From the NCBI GenBank assembly GCA_963771075.1, contig CAVYSE010000005.1:38684-102683 (forward strand): a DNA stretch of 64,000 nucleotides. Direction: 5' to 3'. Source of the stretch: a candidate division FCPU426 bacterium. GTDB lineage: Bacteria > Oederibacteriota > Muellerivitia > Muellerivitales > Muellerivitaceae. The position numbers were made by a program, and so were the translations under genes. How positions within the stretch are numbered: the first letter of the stretch is position 1; every line of letters begins with the position of its first letter. This document shows, piece after piece, positions 1 to 10,812 of the stretch. The notes below the pieces were generated by a model. That model did no database searches, was not told where the DNA came from, and was given only the letters and a program-made list of their open reading frames with translations.

Positions 1-1337
1 TCCACCAAGGCATTCCTTCCCGTCGTTTTAAGGTGTTCCCCTTTGAGGGGCTTTTTCAATCCGGGCAAGGCCCATCGGCGTCCAGTCCGTCGGCCGAAAC
101 CCCGTCCAACGGCGACCGTGCCGGCGATAACCATTGGGAGGATGCCCGATCGGGCGACGCGTCGATACGGATCAATGTGGAAAAAATGGACATGCTCTTG
201 GAGGCGGTGGGGGAACTGGCCATTTGCCAGAGCCAGGTTACCGAGGGCATCCTCGATTCCGGCGTTTTGGGCCATTTGGCGGGCGAAGCTTCCCGTTTAT
301 CCAAAATTTCCCGCCTGCTGCAGGAAATCATCCTCTCCCTTCGGATGGTGCCCGTTCACCCGCTGTTCCAGCGCATGAGCCGTTTGGGACGGGACCTTTC
401 CAAAAAAACCGGAAAACTCCTGCGTGTTGAGGTCGAGGGCGGGGAAACGGAATTGGACAAGCGCATGGTGGAGGAACTGGTCGATCCCCTGGTCCACCTG
501 ATCCGCAACGCCGTGGACCACGGTATCGAGGACGCCCAGACGAGGTCGAAAGCGGGAAAACCCGCCGAGGCCCGGGTGGCCTTATGGGCGGGCCACCAGG
601 GCGGGGATTTCATCCTGAAACTGGAAGACGACGGAGCGGGGTTGAATTTCGGGAAGATCACGGGCAAAGCCCGCCAGGCGGGTTACCTGGGCCCCAACGA
701 GACGCCGACCCAGGACCAGCTCATTGAGTTCCTGTTCCGCCCGGGCTTTTCAACCGCCGATCAGGTGACCGAATATTCGGGCCGTGGGGTGGGCCTGGAC
801 GTGGTTCGCCGAAAGATACAGACCCTCCGGGGCACGATTGTCCTGGAGACCGAACCGGGTAAGGGGACCACTTTCAAACTACGCATTCCCCTTACTTTGG
901 CCCTCATGGAGGCGGTTTTGGTTCGCGTCGGCAAGGAACGTTTTGTCCTGCCGGCGGCCCAGGTGATGGGTTTCCTGGCCTTGGACGAGACCGAGGAGCA
1001 CTCCGTGGGCCGGGGGGCCAAGTGGCTCCACTCCCGGCAGGGACAGTGGCCCCTCATCGACCTGGAAAAAACATTCGGGGACCGGGCGGCCGCCCCAAGG
1101 CGGGGCCTGTCCCGCCAATCGGTTGTGGTGCAGGTGGAGGCGGAAGGTCAAAGGGCCTGTCTGGTGGTGGATGAGGTGCTGGGCAAGCGCCAAGTGGTTT
1201 TGAAGGAATTGGGGGAAGCGCTTCATGCAATGCGGGGCGTGTTGGGGGGGGCCATCTTGGGCGATGGGAAGGTCGGCCTGGTTTTGGATATGGAATTTCT
1301 GATCCGGCCGATGTCGGGTCCGATTTCAATTAATTGA
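1..1337 (+). CDS. cheA: Chemotaxis histidine kinase CheA, 5'-partial (dimerisation, HATPase, CheW domains)
   Basis: Motifs IRINVEKMD, HLIRNAVDHGIE, SGRGVGLDVV and a C-terminal CheW domain. The frame is open to the window start and the Hpt domain is missing. Confidence 0.95.
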   Translation, partial: HQGIPSRRFKVFPFEGLFQSGQGPSASSPSAETPSNGDRAGDNHWEDARSGDASIRINVEKMDMLLEAVGELAICQSQVTEGILDSGVLGHLAGEASRLSKISRLLQEIILSLRMVPVHPLFQRMSRLGRDLSKKTGKLLRVEVEGGETELDKRMVEELVDPLVHLIRNAVDHGIEDAQTRSKAGKPAEARVALWAGHQGGDFILKLEDDGAGLNFGKITGKARQAGYLGPNETPTQDQLIEFLFRPGFSTADQVTEYSGRGVGLDVVRRKIQTLRGTIVLETEPGKGTTFKLRIPLTLALMEAVLVRVGKERFVLPAAQVMGFLALDETEEHSVGRGAKWLHSRQGQWPLIDLEKTFGDRAAAPRRGLSRQSVVVQVEAEGQRACLVVDEVLGKRQVVLKELGEALHAMRGVLGGAILGDGKVGLVLDMEFLIRPMSGPISIN

Positions 1338-1353
1338 AGGGGAGCGTTTAAAA

Positions 1354-1830
1354 ATGGAAAAGACGACGCCAATCATTCAGGGCCGGTACATCTTTTTCGC
1401 CATCGCGGGACAAGTCTACGGCGTGGGAATACACCATGTCCGGGAGATCGTGGACTCGAAACTTTTGGAGGTGGTGGGGGACTCGTCCCTTTCGATCCGG
1501 GGTTATTTGGACCTGCGCGGAAGGAACATTCCGGTGGTGGATTTGAGGAACAAGTTGGGGATGGAAGATACCCCGATTCATCCTTGGAGCTCCGTTTTAA
1601 CCATGGTGGCCAAGGGATGGGACGGCCCCCTTTGGATGGGGCTGTTGGTGGATGGGGTGGAGCAAGTGGTTCAGGTCGCTTCCACGGACGTGGAGGCGGT
1701 TCCGGACATGGAGGAGGACCCGAGAGGGCCGTGGCTGATGGGTTTCACCCGGCATCAAGACCGGACGGTTTTGCTGTTGGACCTGGATAAGGTGGCGAAA
1801 GAGGAAGTGGAATCGATTCAACTCGCATAG
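1354..1830 (+). CDS. cheW: CheW adaptor
   Basis: VREIV...GYLDLRGRNIPVVDLR...GLLVDGV pattern. Confidence 0.9.
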   Translation: MEKTTPIIQGRYIFFAIAGQVYGVGIHHVREIVDSKLLEVVGDSSLSIRGYLDLRGRNIPVVDLRNKLGMEDTPIHPWSSVLTMVAKGWDGPLWMGLLVDGVEQVVQVASTDVEAVPDMEEDPRGPWLMGFTRHQDRTVLLLDLDKVAKEEVESIQLA

Positions 1831-1843
1831 GGAGGAATGAAAG

Positions 1844-4066
1844 ATGAAAAGTTTAAATTCGAGGGAGTTGTCCATGAAAAATATCGGAATGATGAGTCTG
1901 ATCCTGGCCGTGGGGATGGCGACCCCCTTGCGGGCACAATTACTGGAAGCCCAAGCGGCTCCCATGCCGCAGAAAACGGCGGTCACCTCGGCGGTGACTC
2001 CCGAGCCCGCCGGGACGGCCCAGGACCTAAGTTCGGAGAGCCTTCAGCAGTTGATGGGGCTGAATGTGGTGGTCTCCTCCTCCTCCAAGAAGGCGGAATC
2101 CCTGAGGGACGCTACCTCGGCCATCTATGTCATCACTCAGGAAGATATCCAGAGAAGCGGGGCCCAGACCGTGCCCGACCTGCTGGCCATGGTGCCAGGC
2201 GTGCAGGTCGCCCGCCAATCGGCCAACGAATGGGCCATCAGCGCCCGCGGGTTCAACGGCCAATACAACAACAAAATGCTGGTCCTGATCGACGGCCGAA
2301 GCGTTTATGACCCGGTCATGGGAGGCGTCAACTGGAACCAGCAGGACGTGATGATGGAGGATATCGACCACATCGAAGTCATCCGCGGGCCCGGGGGAAC
2401 CCTCTGGGGCTCCAACGCGGTCAACGGCGTGGTGAACATCATCACCAAGGACTCGAAAGTGACCCAGGGTCTTTACCTGGGACTCGGGGCGGGTTCGCCC
2501 CTCTATCCCGCGGGAGTGAGCGGGACCACTTCCCTCAACGGAACGGGCGCCTTCCGCTATGGCGGAAAAATGGCCGACGACCTCTATTACCGCATCTACG
2601 GCCAGGTCAATAACGAGAACCCCTTCGCTAACGCCGAGGAGGCCTATTATTACGAGACCGGTCTGGGGACCGCCTGGAACGACGCCTGGTACGATTACCG
2701 GGCCGGGTTGCGGACCGATTGGCATGCCGACCAGGACCAGTTCACGCTGGAAGCGGAGGCCCAGAGCGGCCATTTCAACTACGCCCGACTGACCAACAAC
2801 GTGACCTCTGTCTTCAACCCCGAAACCTTTGTCCAGGCCAACGACCTGAATACGGACATCGACCAGAACGCACATCTGCTGGGCCGCTGGACGAGGGATT
2901 TCAAGGATGACTCCCAGATCCAGGTCTTGGCCTATTACGACTACAACAACCTGACCACGGCCAACGACAACCGAATCACCAACGTGGGACAGGCGGACCT
3001 GGAATTCCAACACCGCTTCCACTTGGGGGGAGTCAACGAGATCACATGGGGAGGCAGCTACCGGAACGTCTCGGACCAGTTTTACAACCCCATCAACTTC
3101 GATTACAGCCCGGAAAACCAGAACCTGAACATCTATGCCGGTTTCGTCCAAGAAAAGTTGACGATCGAGGAAGCCCGGCTCTATCTGACGGGCGGGGTCA
3201 AGCTGGAGAACAACCCCTACACGGGAAGCGAGTGGCAGCCTTCGGGACGCCTTCTCTGGACGCCGGATGATACCAACAGCGTCTGGACGGCGGTCTCCCG
3301 CTCGGTCCGGATCCCGACCCAATATTCGGAATCCGCATACACCTATCTTTACGGAATCCCGGCGAACGCCTATGGGCCCGGCACACCGGCGCAGAACACC
3401 TATCTGGGAGTGATTCCCAATTCCACGCTCGTGGCGGAAACACTGGTTTCCTATGAACTGGGCTACCGGACCAACCCCACCCAGGAAACCTCGGTGGATC
3501 TGGCCGGTTTTTACAACCACTACGACAACCTGGTCTCGTTCCAGAACTACACGGGCCAGCCCGTGAATACCCCCAACGGAGGCGTCATGGACCCTTCCTG
3601 GCTCCAGGTTCTGCAGATGCAGAACACGGGCGTGGGGAACATCTGGGGAGTGGAACTGGCGGGGCAGTGGAATCCCCTGGCCACCCTGAAGGTGAATGTG
3701 TCCTATACCTACCAGGGCTACGACCAGAACATGATCAACTCCTCCAACGCCGAACTGGGCGCGCCGCCGCCGCACAACCTGGCGAACGCGCGGGTCTATT
3801 TCGATCCCATCCAGGGCCTGGAACTCAACACCAGCTTCTACTACACCGACGCCACCTTCATGTATGACCCCCAATCGGGCAATACCATCACCTCCGACTA
3901 CGTTCAATGGAACCTGGGAGCCAGCGTGAAGCCCGCGGATAACCTGGAAATTTCCCTCTGGGGCCTGGACCTGGAAGGGGCCCATGTGGAGACCCTGCAG
4001 TCGGCCTTCATTTCGCCCGCCGAAGTGGTACCGAGCGTTTACGGCAAAGTCGAGCTGCGCTACTAA
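1844..4066 (+). CDS. TonB-dependent outer-membrane receptor (plug plus barrel)
   Basis: Signal peptide, plug motifs AIYVITQEDIQRSGA, LVLIDGRSVY and IEVIRGPGGTLWGSNAVNGVVNIITK, and a C-terminal aromatic residue. The start may be a slightly later ATG. Confidence 0.93.
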   Translation: MKSLNSRELSMKNIGMMSLILAVGMATPLRAQLLEAQAAPMPQKTAVTSAVTPEPAGTAQDLSSESLQQLMGLNVVVSSSSKKAESLRDATSAIYVITQEDIQRSGAQTVPDLLAMVPGVQVARQSANEWAISARGFNGQYNNKMLVLIDGRSVYDPVMGGVNWNQQDVMMEDIDHIEVIRGPGGTLWGSNAVNGVVNIITKDSKVTQGLYLGLGAGSPLYPAGVSGTTSLNGTGAFRYGGKMADDLYYRIYGQVNNENPFANAEEAYYYETGLGTAWNDAWYDYRAGLRTDWHADQDQFTLEAEAQSGHFNYARLTNNVTSVFNPETFVQANDLNTDIDQNAHLLGRWTRDFKDDSQIQVLAYYDYNNLTTANDNRITNVGQADLEFQHRFHLGGVNEITWGGSYRNVSDQFYNPINFDYSPENQNLNIYAGFVQEKLTIEEARLYLTGGVKLENNPYTGSEWQPSGRLLWTPDDTNSVWTAVSRSVRIPTQYSESAYTYLYGIPANAYGPGTPAQNTYLGVIPNSTLVAETLVSYELGYRTNPTQETSVDLAGFYNHYDNLVSFQNYTGQPVNTPNGGVMDPSWLQVLQMQNTGVGNIWGVELAGQWNPLATLKVNVSYTYQGYDQNMINSSNAELGAPPPHNLANARVYFDPIQGLELNTSFYYTDATFMYDPQSGNTITSDYVQWNLGASVKPADNLEISLWGLDLEGAHVETLQSAFISPAEVVPSVYGKVELRY

Positions 4067-4086
4067 GCGCGGGAAAGGAAAAAACC

Positions 4087-4653
4087 ATGAAAAAACGATC
4101 GATTGCTTTTCTCTCCCTTTCTCTGGGTTTGCTTTTCCTTGCCGCCGGCTCAGGGCCGGCGGCGGGGGAAGTGACCGAGTACGGGGTGAAAGCCGCCTAT
4201 CTCTACAACTTCAGCCAGTTCGTGCGCTGGCCCGCGGCGGCTTTCTCCGCCGATGACTCCAATTTCGTGATCGGCGTAGTGGGGGAGGACCCCTTCGGCG
4301 CCACCTTGGACGCGGTGGTGAGCGGGAAAACCGTCGGTGGGCATCCCATGACAGTCAAACGCTTCGGGGCCTTCACCCCGGCCAAGGCGGGAGCCCTGGC
4401 GAAATGCCAGATCCTCTTCATCGCCTATTCGGAAAAAGACCAGGTCAGGGACATTTTGGCGGCCTTGGCGGGGAGCAAGGCGCTCACCGTTTCGGAGATC
4501 GAGAATTTTCCGGTCAAGGGCGGGGCCGTTCAATTTGACCAGGTCGGCCAAAAGATATCGCTGGTCTTGAATGAATCCGCGGCCAAAAAAGCGGGCCTTT
4601 CGGTCAGCGCCCAGCTCCTGCAGGTCGCCAAGCTGTTCAAATCGGAGGAGTAA
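4087..4653 (+). CDS. YfiR/DUF4154 family periplasmic regulator
   Basis: EYGVKAAYLYNFSQFVRWP and C-terminal GLSVSAQLLQVA are typical of the YfiR family. Signal peptide present. Confidence 0.9.
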   Translation: MKKRSIAFLSLSLGLLFLAAGSGPAAGEVTEYGVKAAYLYNFSQFVRWPAAAFSADDSNFVIGVVGEDPFGATLDAVVSGKTVGGHPMTVKRFGAFTPAKAGALAKCQILFIAYSEKDQVRDILAALAGSKALTVSEIENFPVKGGAVQFDQVGQKISLVLNESAAKKAGLSVSAQLLQVAKLFKSEE

Positions 4654-4656
4654 ACC

Positions 4657-6189
4657 ATGCCGCGACTCAACTTCAAGAAAATGCCACTTCGGGACAAGAT
4701 CATCTGGATCACGGGAATTTCCACCACGATCTCCCTGATTTTAGCCTGCTTGGTCCTGGCCGTGAGCGAGAGGGTTTCTTATCCCAAGATTATGGCGGCG
4801 AACCTGTCCGACCTTGCCCAGGTGGTGGGGGATAACAGCACGGCGGCCCTGGCCTTCAACGATTCCAAGACCGCCCAAGGCATGCTGGATACCATGAAGG
4901 GGAACCCGCATATCGTCAACGCCACTCTTTTCGACGCCAAGGGACAGATTTTCGCGTCCTATAGTACGGATAAGAACCCCGCGGTGGTCACGGTCAAACC
5001 GGAAGGGTATGAGTTTTCGGGCGGGACCCTCAAACTTTTTCACGCCATCCAGATGGGCGGGTTGAATGAGGGAACCCTTTACCTTGAATCGGACCTGAAG
5101 GAAATGAATTCCCGCATGGCGGCCTATTTGATGGTCACCCTGCTGGTTCTCATCCTTTCCATATTCGTCTCCTTCCTGACCTCCGCCCGCCTCCAGGCCC
5201 AGATCTCGGACCCCTTGAAAAACATCATCGGGAATTTGAACGACAGCGCCGAGCAGATGGCGTCCAGTTCGAATCAGATATCCACCGCCAGCCAGCAGCT
5301 GGCCGAGGGGGCGAGCGAATCCGCCAGCAGCCTGGAGGAAACCAGCTCTTCCCTGGAGGAAATGGCCTCCATGACCCGGCAAAACGCCGAGAACGCGCAA
5401 AGGGCGCGGGCCCTGACCGAAGAGTCGCAGGAATCCGTCCTGAAGGGGAACCAATGCGTGGCGGAGACCCTGGCCGCCATGAAGGAGATGAATGAGAGCG
5501 CGGAAAAGGTCTCCAAGATCCTCAAGACCATCGAGGAAATCGCCTTCCAGACCAATCTTTTGGCCTTGAACGCCGCGGTTGAGGCGGCCCGGGCCGGGGA
5601 ACAGGGAAGGGGATTCGCGGTAGTGGCCGAGGAGGTTCGCAACCTGGCCCAACGCAGTTCGGCGGCCGCCAAGGACACGGCGGCTTTGATCGAGGAAAAC
5701 GCCAAACGGGCCTCCCAAGGTTTGAAGGTCAGCGAAGAGGCCGGGAAGTCACTCGCCGAGATCGTGGACCGCTCCAAAAAAGTTTCCCACCTCATCCAGG
5801 AGATCGCCGGGGCCAGCGAGGAGCAATCCAAGGGCATATCGGAAGTGAACGGGGCCGTGACCCAGCTGGACACGATCACGCAACGCAACAGCGCCAACGC
5901 GGAGGAAATGTCCTCTTCCAGCGAAGAAATGTCGGCCCAGTCGAAGGTCCTGCGGGAAATGATCGGTTCCCTGGTGATGGTTCTGGAAGGCGACGGGAGG
6001 AAAAAAGAAGTTGTCTTGGCGCGGGATGAAACGATGGACCCGCGGGGGCAGGCGATCCATCACATCGCTCCCGGCAAGACAAAATCCGTCAAACGGTCCT
6101 TGTTGGTCCCCATCGGGGGGATGAAAACGGCCCAGGCCGCCGCCGGAAAGATCATCCCGCTCAGCGACGAAGAAATGCGTAATTTTTAA
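4657..6189 (+). CDS. Methyl-accepting chemotaxis protein with CHASE8-like periplasmic sensor
   Basis: Two TM helices, [10 protein letters not shown] periplasmic motif, and the signalling hairpin [34 protein letters not shown]. Confidence 0.93.
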   Translation: MPRLNFKKMPLRDKIIWITGISTTISLILACLVLAVSERVSYPKIMAANLSDLAQVVGDNSTAALAFNDSKTAQGMLDTMKGNPHIVNATLFDAKGQIFASYSTDKNPAVVTVKPEGYEFSGGTLKLFHAIQMGGLNEGTLYLESDLKEMNSRMAAYLMVTLLVLILSIFVSFLTSARLQAQISDPLKNIIGNLNDSAEQMASSSNQISTASQQLAEGASESASSLEETSSSLEEMASMTRQNAENAQRARALTEESQESVLKGNQCVAETLAAMKEMNESAEKVSKILKTIEEIAFQTNLLALNAAVEAARAGEQGRGFAVVAEEVRNLAQRSSAAAKDTAALIEENAKRASQGLKVSEEAGKSLAEIVDRSKKVSHLIQEIAGASEEQSKGISEVNGAVTQLDTITQRNSANAEEMSSSSEEMSAQSKVLREMIGSLVMVLEGDGRKKEVVLARDETMDPRGQAIHHIAPGKTKSVKRSLLVPIGGMKTAQAAAGKIIPLSDEEMRNF

Positions 6190-6199
6190 GGAGCCTGGG

Positions 6200-6727
6200 A
6201 TGGAAAAGAGCGAAACGAAATTCGAGGGCAAATACCTTACCTTCCGGGTGGGTAAGGAGGAATACGGGGTGCAGATCCTCAAGGTTCGGGAGATCGTAGG
6301 CCTTTTGGAAATCACCGAGGTACCCATGACCACCACCCATATCCGGGGCGTCATCAACCTGCGGGGCAAGATCATACCGGTGGCCGATATGCGCCACAAA
6401 CTGGGGCTTCCCCCGGAGGTTTCGACCCGGGAGAACTGCATCGTGATCGTCCTGGCCAAAGGTGCCAAGGGAGAATCCCTGGTGGGTCTGCTGGTGGACT
6501 CGGTCAACGAGGTTTTCAACCTGGCCGAAGCCGCCCTGGAGCCGATTCCCCAGTTGGGGGACGGGCGGGCCCTGGACTTCGTGCAGGGGTTGGCCCGCGT
6601 CAAGGGCCGCTTGGTGATCTTATTGGACGTGGATGAGGTGGTGAGCGCGGAAGAGCTGGATGGGTTGGATCTGTTGAAAAAAGCATCCCTGCCGAAAGAC
6701 GGGGAAGCGGTGGCGGCCAAGGTTTAA
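6200..6727 (+). CDS. cheW: CheW adaptor
   Basis: GKYLTF...EYGVQILKVREI...GVINLRGKIIPV. Confidence 0.93.
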   Translation: MEKSETKFEGKYLTFRVGKEEYGVQILKVREIVGLLEITEVPMTTTHIRGVINLRGKIIPVADMRHKLGLPPEVSTRENCIVIVLAKGAKGESLVGLLVDSVNEVFNLAEAALEPIPQLGDGRALDFVQGLARVKGRLVILLDVDEVVSAEELDGLDLLKKASLPKDGEAVAAKV

Positions 6728-6748
6728 GGGCAAAGCGGTCGGGGAGGC

Positions 6749-7597
6749 GTGCCGATGGTGGAAATTAAGATAACCGAAATGGGGATCGGGGAGTTTAACC
6801 AGCTTTCCCGCCTGGTTTACGCCCAAAGCGGTATCCACCTGGAGGAACATAAGCTGGAATTGCTCCAGGCCCGCTTGCGCAAAAGGCTCAGGATCCTTTC
6901 CCTCGGCTCCTTCAAGGAATACTACCGGCATGTGGTCAGCGACGAGTCGGGGGAGGAACTGAGGCACATGTTGGACCATGTCAGTACCCATAAGACCGAA
7001 TTCTTCCGGGAAAACAAGCATTTCATCCTCCTGTCCCAACGCCTTCTGCCGGAACTGGTGGCGGAGACGGCCCGTCGGATGGATAAAACCCTTCGGATCT
7101 GGTGCGCGGCCTGCTCCTCGGGGGAGGAGGCCTACAGCCTGGCCATGTGCGCCCTTGAATCTGCGGCGGGCGCGGGGGTGAAGGTGAAGATCCTGGCCAC
7201 CGACCTATCCAACCGGGTCATCCAAAGTGGCCAGGAAGGTTTGTATGGGCTGGAGAAGGTCCAGCCTATCCCGCCGGCCCTGCTTCAGAAATATTTCATT
7301 TCCCGCAAAAGGGACGGGGAAAAGTTTTATGAGGTCGGGGAAGGCCTGCGCCAGGCGGTCCATTTCCGCCGCTTCAACCTGAACGGGGGGGACTTTTCTT
7401 TCCGGAATACCTTTGACGTTATTTTTTGCCGCAACGTGATGATTTACTTCGACCGCGAAACCCAGGAGGACCTGGTGAAGCGGCTATCGGGGGCGCTCCG
7501 GAAAGAGGGTTACCTCTTCACGGGTCTTTCGGAGAGCCTGTTGGCCATCCGGCATAAGCTGATTTCGGTCGCCTCGTCGGTATACCGGAAACCCTAG
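6749..7597 (+). CDS. cheR: Chemotaxis methyltransferase CheR
   Basis: TEFFRE, IWCAACSSGEEAYSLAM, FDVIFCRNVMIYFD. Confidence 0.95.
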   Translation: MPMVEIKITEMGIGEFNQLSRLVYAQSGIHLEEHKLELLQARLRKRLRILSLGSFKEYYRHVVSDESGEELRHMLDHVSTHKTEFFRENKHFILLSQRLLPELVAETARRMDKTLRIWCAACSSGEEAYSLAMCALESAAGAGVKVKILATDLSNRVIQSGQEGLYGLEKVQPIPPALLQKYFISRKRDGEKFYEVGEGLRQAVHFRRFNLNGGDFSFRNTFDVIFCRNVMIYFDRETQEDLVKRLSGALRKEGYLFTGLSESLLAIRHKLISVASSVYRKP

Positions 7598-7669
7598 CAG
7601 GCTGCGGTTGGAAAATTCGATGAATACAAGGCTCGCCGGTGATAAAACGCCCCGGGGGAGGAAAAGAAC

Positions 7670-8173
7670 TTGAACGCGGGAAAAACGGATAAAAAAAACA
7701 TCGTGATAGGGGTGGGGGACTATTACGTCAGCTCGGACCCGTCCGATTTGCTCGTGACCTATGCCCTGGGTTCCTGCGTGGGAGTGACGGCCTATGACGC
7801 CAGGGCGCGCGTGGGGGGCATCCTGCATTTCAAGCTTCCCCACTCGCAGATCAATCCGGGAATGGCCTCGACCCATCCCGCCATGTTCGGGGACACGGGC
7901 CTGGAGGCCTTCCTGATGGGGATGTTCCAGGCGGGGGCCACGAAGCCGAATTTGGACATCAAACTGGCGGGCGGCGCCAAGGGACTGGCCAGCGCCGGGG
8001 ATTTTTTCAATATCGGGGAACGTAATCTTTTGATCGCCCAGCGCGTGTTTTGGATGAACGGCTTGATCGTTTCGCGCAAGGACACGGGCGGCAACGATTA
8101 CCGGACGGTCAAGCTGGAAATGGCGACAGGCCGGGTCACGATCAAGGACCCTCACAACACTTACGAACTTTAA
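7670..8173 (+). CDS. cheD: Chemoreceptor glutamine deamidase CheD
   Basis: TYALGSCVGV, GGILHFKLP, KLAGGA, IGERN, DTGG motifs. Confidence 0.93.
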   Translation: MNAGKTDKKNIVIGVGDYYVSSDPSDLLVTYALGSCVGVTAYDARARVGGILHFKLPHSQINPGMASTHPAMFGDTGLEAFLMGMFQAGATKPNLDIKLAGGAKGLASAGDFFNIGERNLLIAQRVFWMNGLIVSRKDTGGNDYRTVKLEMATGRVTIKDPHNTYEL

Positions 8174-8190
8174 TTCAAGAGGAGGATGAC

Positions 8191-8586
8191 ATGGCGTTCA
8201 ATTTTTTAGTGGTGGATGACTCGGCCACCAGCCGGGGAATCATCAAGAAAACCCTGAAACTGACCCGGCTTCCCTTGGGGGATATTTGGGAAGCGGCCAA
8301 CGGCCGCGAGGGGTTGGTGCAAATGCGCGCCAATTGGGTGGACCTGGTCCTGGCGGACTTGAACATGCCCGACATGACAGGGCAGGAAATGATCGCCGAG
8401 ATGCAGAAGGACCCCCTCCTGGCCAAGCTTCAGGTGGTGGTGGTGAGTTCGGAGGGGAGCCAGTCGGTCCTGGAAGCCCTCTATCAACAGGGGGTACGCC
8501 AAGTGGTGCGGAAACCCTTTGAGGCCAGCCTGCTGAGGGACGTGATCGAAAAGGCGCTCGGGATACAGGCCGAAGCGAATGGATAA
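8191..8586 (+). CDS. CheY-like single-domain response regulator
   Basis: RBS GAGGAG, then MAFNFLVVDDS...ADLNMPDMTG...KPF. Confidence 0.88.
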   Translation: MAFNFLVVDDSATSRGIIKKTLKLTRLPLGDIWEAANGREGLVQMRANWVDLVLADLNMPDMTGQEMIAEMQKDPLLAKLQVVVVSSEGSQSVLEALYQQGVRQVVRKPFEASLLRDVIEKALGIQAEANG

Positions 8587-9658
8587 GAAGCGGGTGGAAA
8601 GCGGAGATATGGAAAAGGTCAAGGTGCTCATCGTGGACGACTCGACTCTGGTTCGTAAGGCCTTGACGGGCGTTTTCGAGGCGGAGGGTTTGCGGGTGGT
8701 GGGGGAGGCCTCGGACCCTTTTGAGGCCAGGGACCAGATCATCAGGCACCGTCCCGACATCCTGACCCTGGACCTGGAAATGCCCCGGATGGACGGCCTG
8801 ACCTTCCTGGAGCGGCTCATGACCCACCAACCCATGCCGGTCGTGGTTTTTTCCAGCTTCACGGAGAAAAACAGCGCTTTGGCCCTGAAGGCCCTGGACC
8901 TGGGCGCCGTGGAGGTGCTGGAAAAACCCATGAAGGTGAATTTTGCCCCAGCCATGGTCAACTTGGTGAGGGTTTTAAAGGAAAGCGCCCATGCCAAACC
9001 CCGGCGGAGGGTTACCCCGGTGGCGCCGGAGGCGGTAAAAAAGATACCCGGGAATCCCAGCCGTTTAGTCACCGCGATTGGCGCTTCCACGGGCGGGACG
9101 GACGCGATTTCCACGATCTTGCGGGGGCTGCCCGCCCAACATCCCGGACTGGTGATCGTGCAGCATATGCCCCCCTTCTTCACGCGGACCTTCGCCGAGC
9201 GGTTGGACCGGGAAAGCGCGATGCGGGTGAGGGAGGCGGTGGAAGGGGACGTCATCCGGGACGGACTGGCGCTGGTCGCGCCCGGGGGAAAGCATCTGTT
9301 GGTGGAAGGGTTACCCGGCCGGTTCCAAGTGTCCTGTCCTGATGGCCCGCCGGTGAACCATTGCCGGCCGAGCGTGGATGTGTTGTTTCAATCCGTGGCA
9401 CGCGCAGCCGGGCGCCGCGCGGTGGGGGTGATCCTGACCGGTATGGGACAGGATGGGGCGAACGGGCTTATGGCGATGAAAAACAAGGGAGCCGTCACGC
9501 TCTCCCAGGACGAGGCCTCTTGCGTGGTGTTTGGAATGCCCAAAGAGGCGGTAGCCCGTGGGGCCGTGGACGAGGTGGTGTCGTTGAGGGATTTGGCCAA
9601 TATCCTTAAATCGAAAGCCGAGGGTATTTTGGCGTACAGGGAAGGGAGCGAGTCATGA
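8579..9658 (+). CDS. cheB: Chemotaxis methylesterase CheB
   Basis: REC domain plus IGASTGG, IVQHMP, RPSVDVLF and ILTGMGQDGA. Confidence 0.96.
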   Translation: MDKKRVESGDMEKVKVLIVDDSTLVRKALTGVFEAEGLRVVGEASDPFEARDQIIRHRPDILTLDLEMPRMDGLTFLERLMTHQPMPVVVFSSFTEKNSALALKALDLGAVEVLEKPMKVNFAPAMVNLVRVLKESAHAKPRRRVTPVAPEAVKKIPGNPSRLVTAIGASTGGTDAISTILRGLPAQHPGLVIVQHMPPFFTRTFAERLDRESAMRVREAVEGDVIRDGLALVAPGGKHLLVEGLPGRFQVSCPDGPPVNHCRPSVDVLFQSVARAAGRRAVGVILTGMGQDGANGLMAMKNKGAVTLSQDEASCVVFGMPKEAVARGAVDEVVSLRDLANILKSKAEGILAYREGSES

Positions 9659-10452
9659 CAAAAAACCAGAAAAAAACCATTCTGTTGGCGGACGCGAACG
9701 CCACGGCGCGCAAGCTTCTGGCAGTCCGGATCCAATACATGGAATACGCGACCGTCGAGGCGGGCGATGTGAAAGAGATGGACCAATTGATCTCCGACCA
9801 GGCCTTTGACCTGGCGATCGTCGACTCAAAACTGGCCGGGCCGGAGGGCGACGCGATCCTTCAAAAGCTCCAATTCAAAAAAACCCCTGTTTTCTTGGTC
9901 ACGGACCGGTTTCCCCAGGGAGGGGACGTGGAGGGACAGTTTCCCGTGAAGGCGGTGTTCCACCGCAGTCAGCGGACGGAAATGCTTGCCAAGGTGGAGG
10001 CGCATTTCAACGGGCTGGAAGAACAAAAGCCATCGCCCAAGCCAAAAGATATGCAGATCTTGCTGATCGAGGATTCTCCCACGATCCGGGGTTATCTCAA
10101 GCGCATTCTCGTGAAGCACTTTCCGGGTTCGACGGTCCGCGAAGCGGAAGATGGAAGGCAGGCCATGACGGAAATGTCCAGCAAAAGGGTGGATATTATC
10201 GTCACGGATCTGCAGATGCCGGGCATGGACGGCCAGACCTTCCTCAAGATCCTGCACCGGAATCCCATTTTGAAGAATAAGCCGGTGCTGGTCTTATCCG
10301 GGTCCTTCACCCCGCAGCTGCGGGAGGAACTGAAAGCCTATCCCACGGTCAAAACACTGGCCAAGCCATCTTCCGAGGAGGAGATCGCCTCCACCCTCAA
10401 GGATTTGATCGCCTTGACGGATAACATGCCCCGCCTAGTCGCAGGGGAATAA
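9655..10452 (+). CDS. Response regulator with two receiver domains
   Basis: Degenerate N-terminal REC, then ILLIEDS...TDLQMPGMDG...KP. Confidence 0.8.
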   Translation: MTKNQKKTILLADANATARKLLAVRIQYMEYATVEAGDVKEMDQLISDQAFDLAIVDSKLAGPEGDAILQKLQFKKTPVFLVTDRFPQGGDVEGQFPVKAVFHRSQRTEMLAKVEAHFNGLEEQKPSPKPKDMQILLIEDSPTIRGYLKRILVKHFPGSTVREAEDGRQAMTEMSSKRVDIIVTDLQMPGMDGQTFLKILHRNPILKNKPVLVLSGSFTPQLREELKAYPTVKTLAKPSSEEEIASTLKDLIALTDNMPRLVAGE

Positions 10453-10456
10453 AACC

Positions 10457-10807
10457 ATGGCACGAAACATGGACCCAATGAAGGCTTTTTACCTGGACCT
10501 GGAACAGGACCTGCATCTTCTCATTCTGCACTATTCCATGTGCGAGGGGGCTACCGACCCGGAAGTGACCGACTGGGCCCGATTTTTCGTCCGGTGGGCC
10601 GAGAAGGCGACCAAGCACAGCGGACCCTGGAGCTGGAAATTACTGGAATCGGCGCAGAATATCGTGAAGGAGTTGGAAAAATCAAAAGACGGACGGAAGG
10701 GATATGATTCACTGGGTCAGGCGATGGCGCAGGCCTCCAACAAGTTGAACGCGGAGATCAAAACCTTCTTGTTGAAGGGAAATTCCCTCCTGGACATGAT
10801 GAAATAG
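10457..10807 (+). CDS. Small helical hypothetical protein ending the che operon
   Basis: Tightly coupled to the upstream gene. No recognised motif. Confidence 0.6.
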   Translation: MARNMDPMKAFYLDLEQDLHLLILHYSMCEGATDPEVTDWARFFVRWAEKATKHSGPWSWKLLESAQNIVKELEKSKDGRKGYDSLGQAMAQASNKLNAEIKTFLLKGNSLLDMMK

Positions 10808-10812
10808 CCGGA

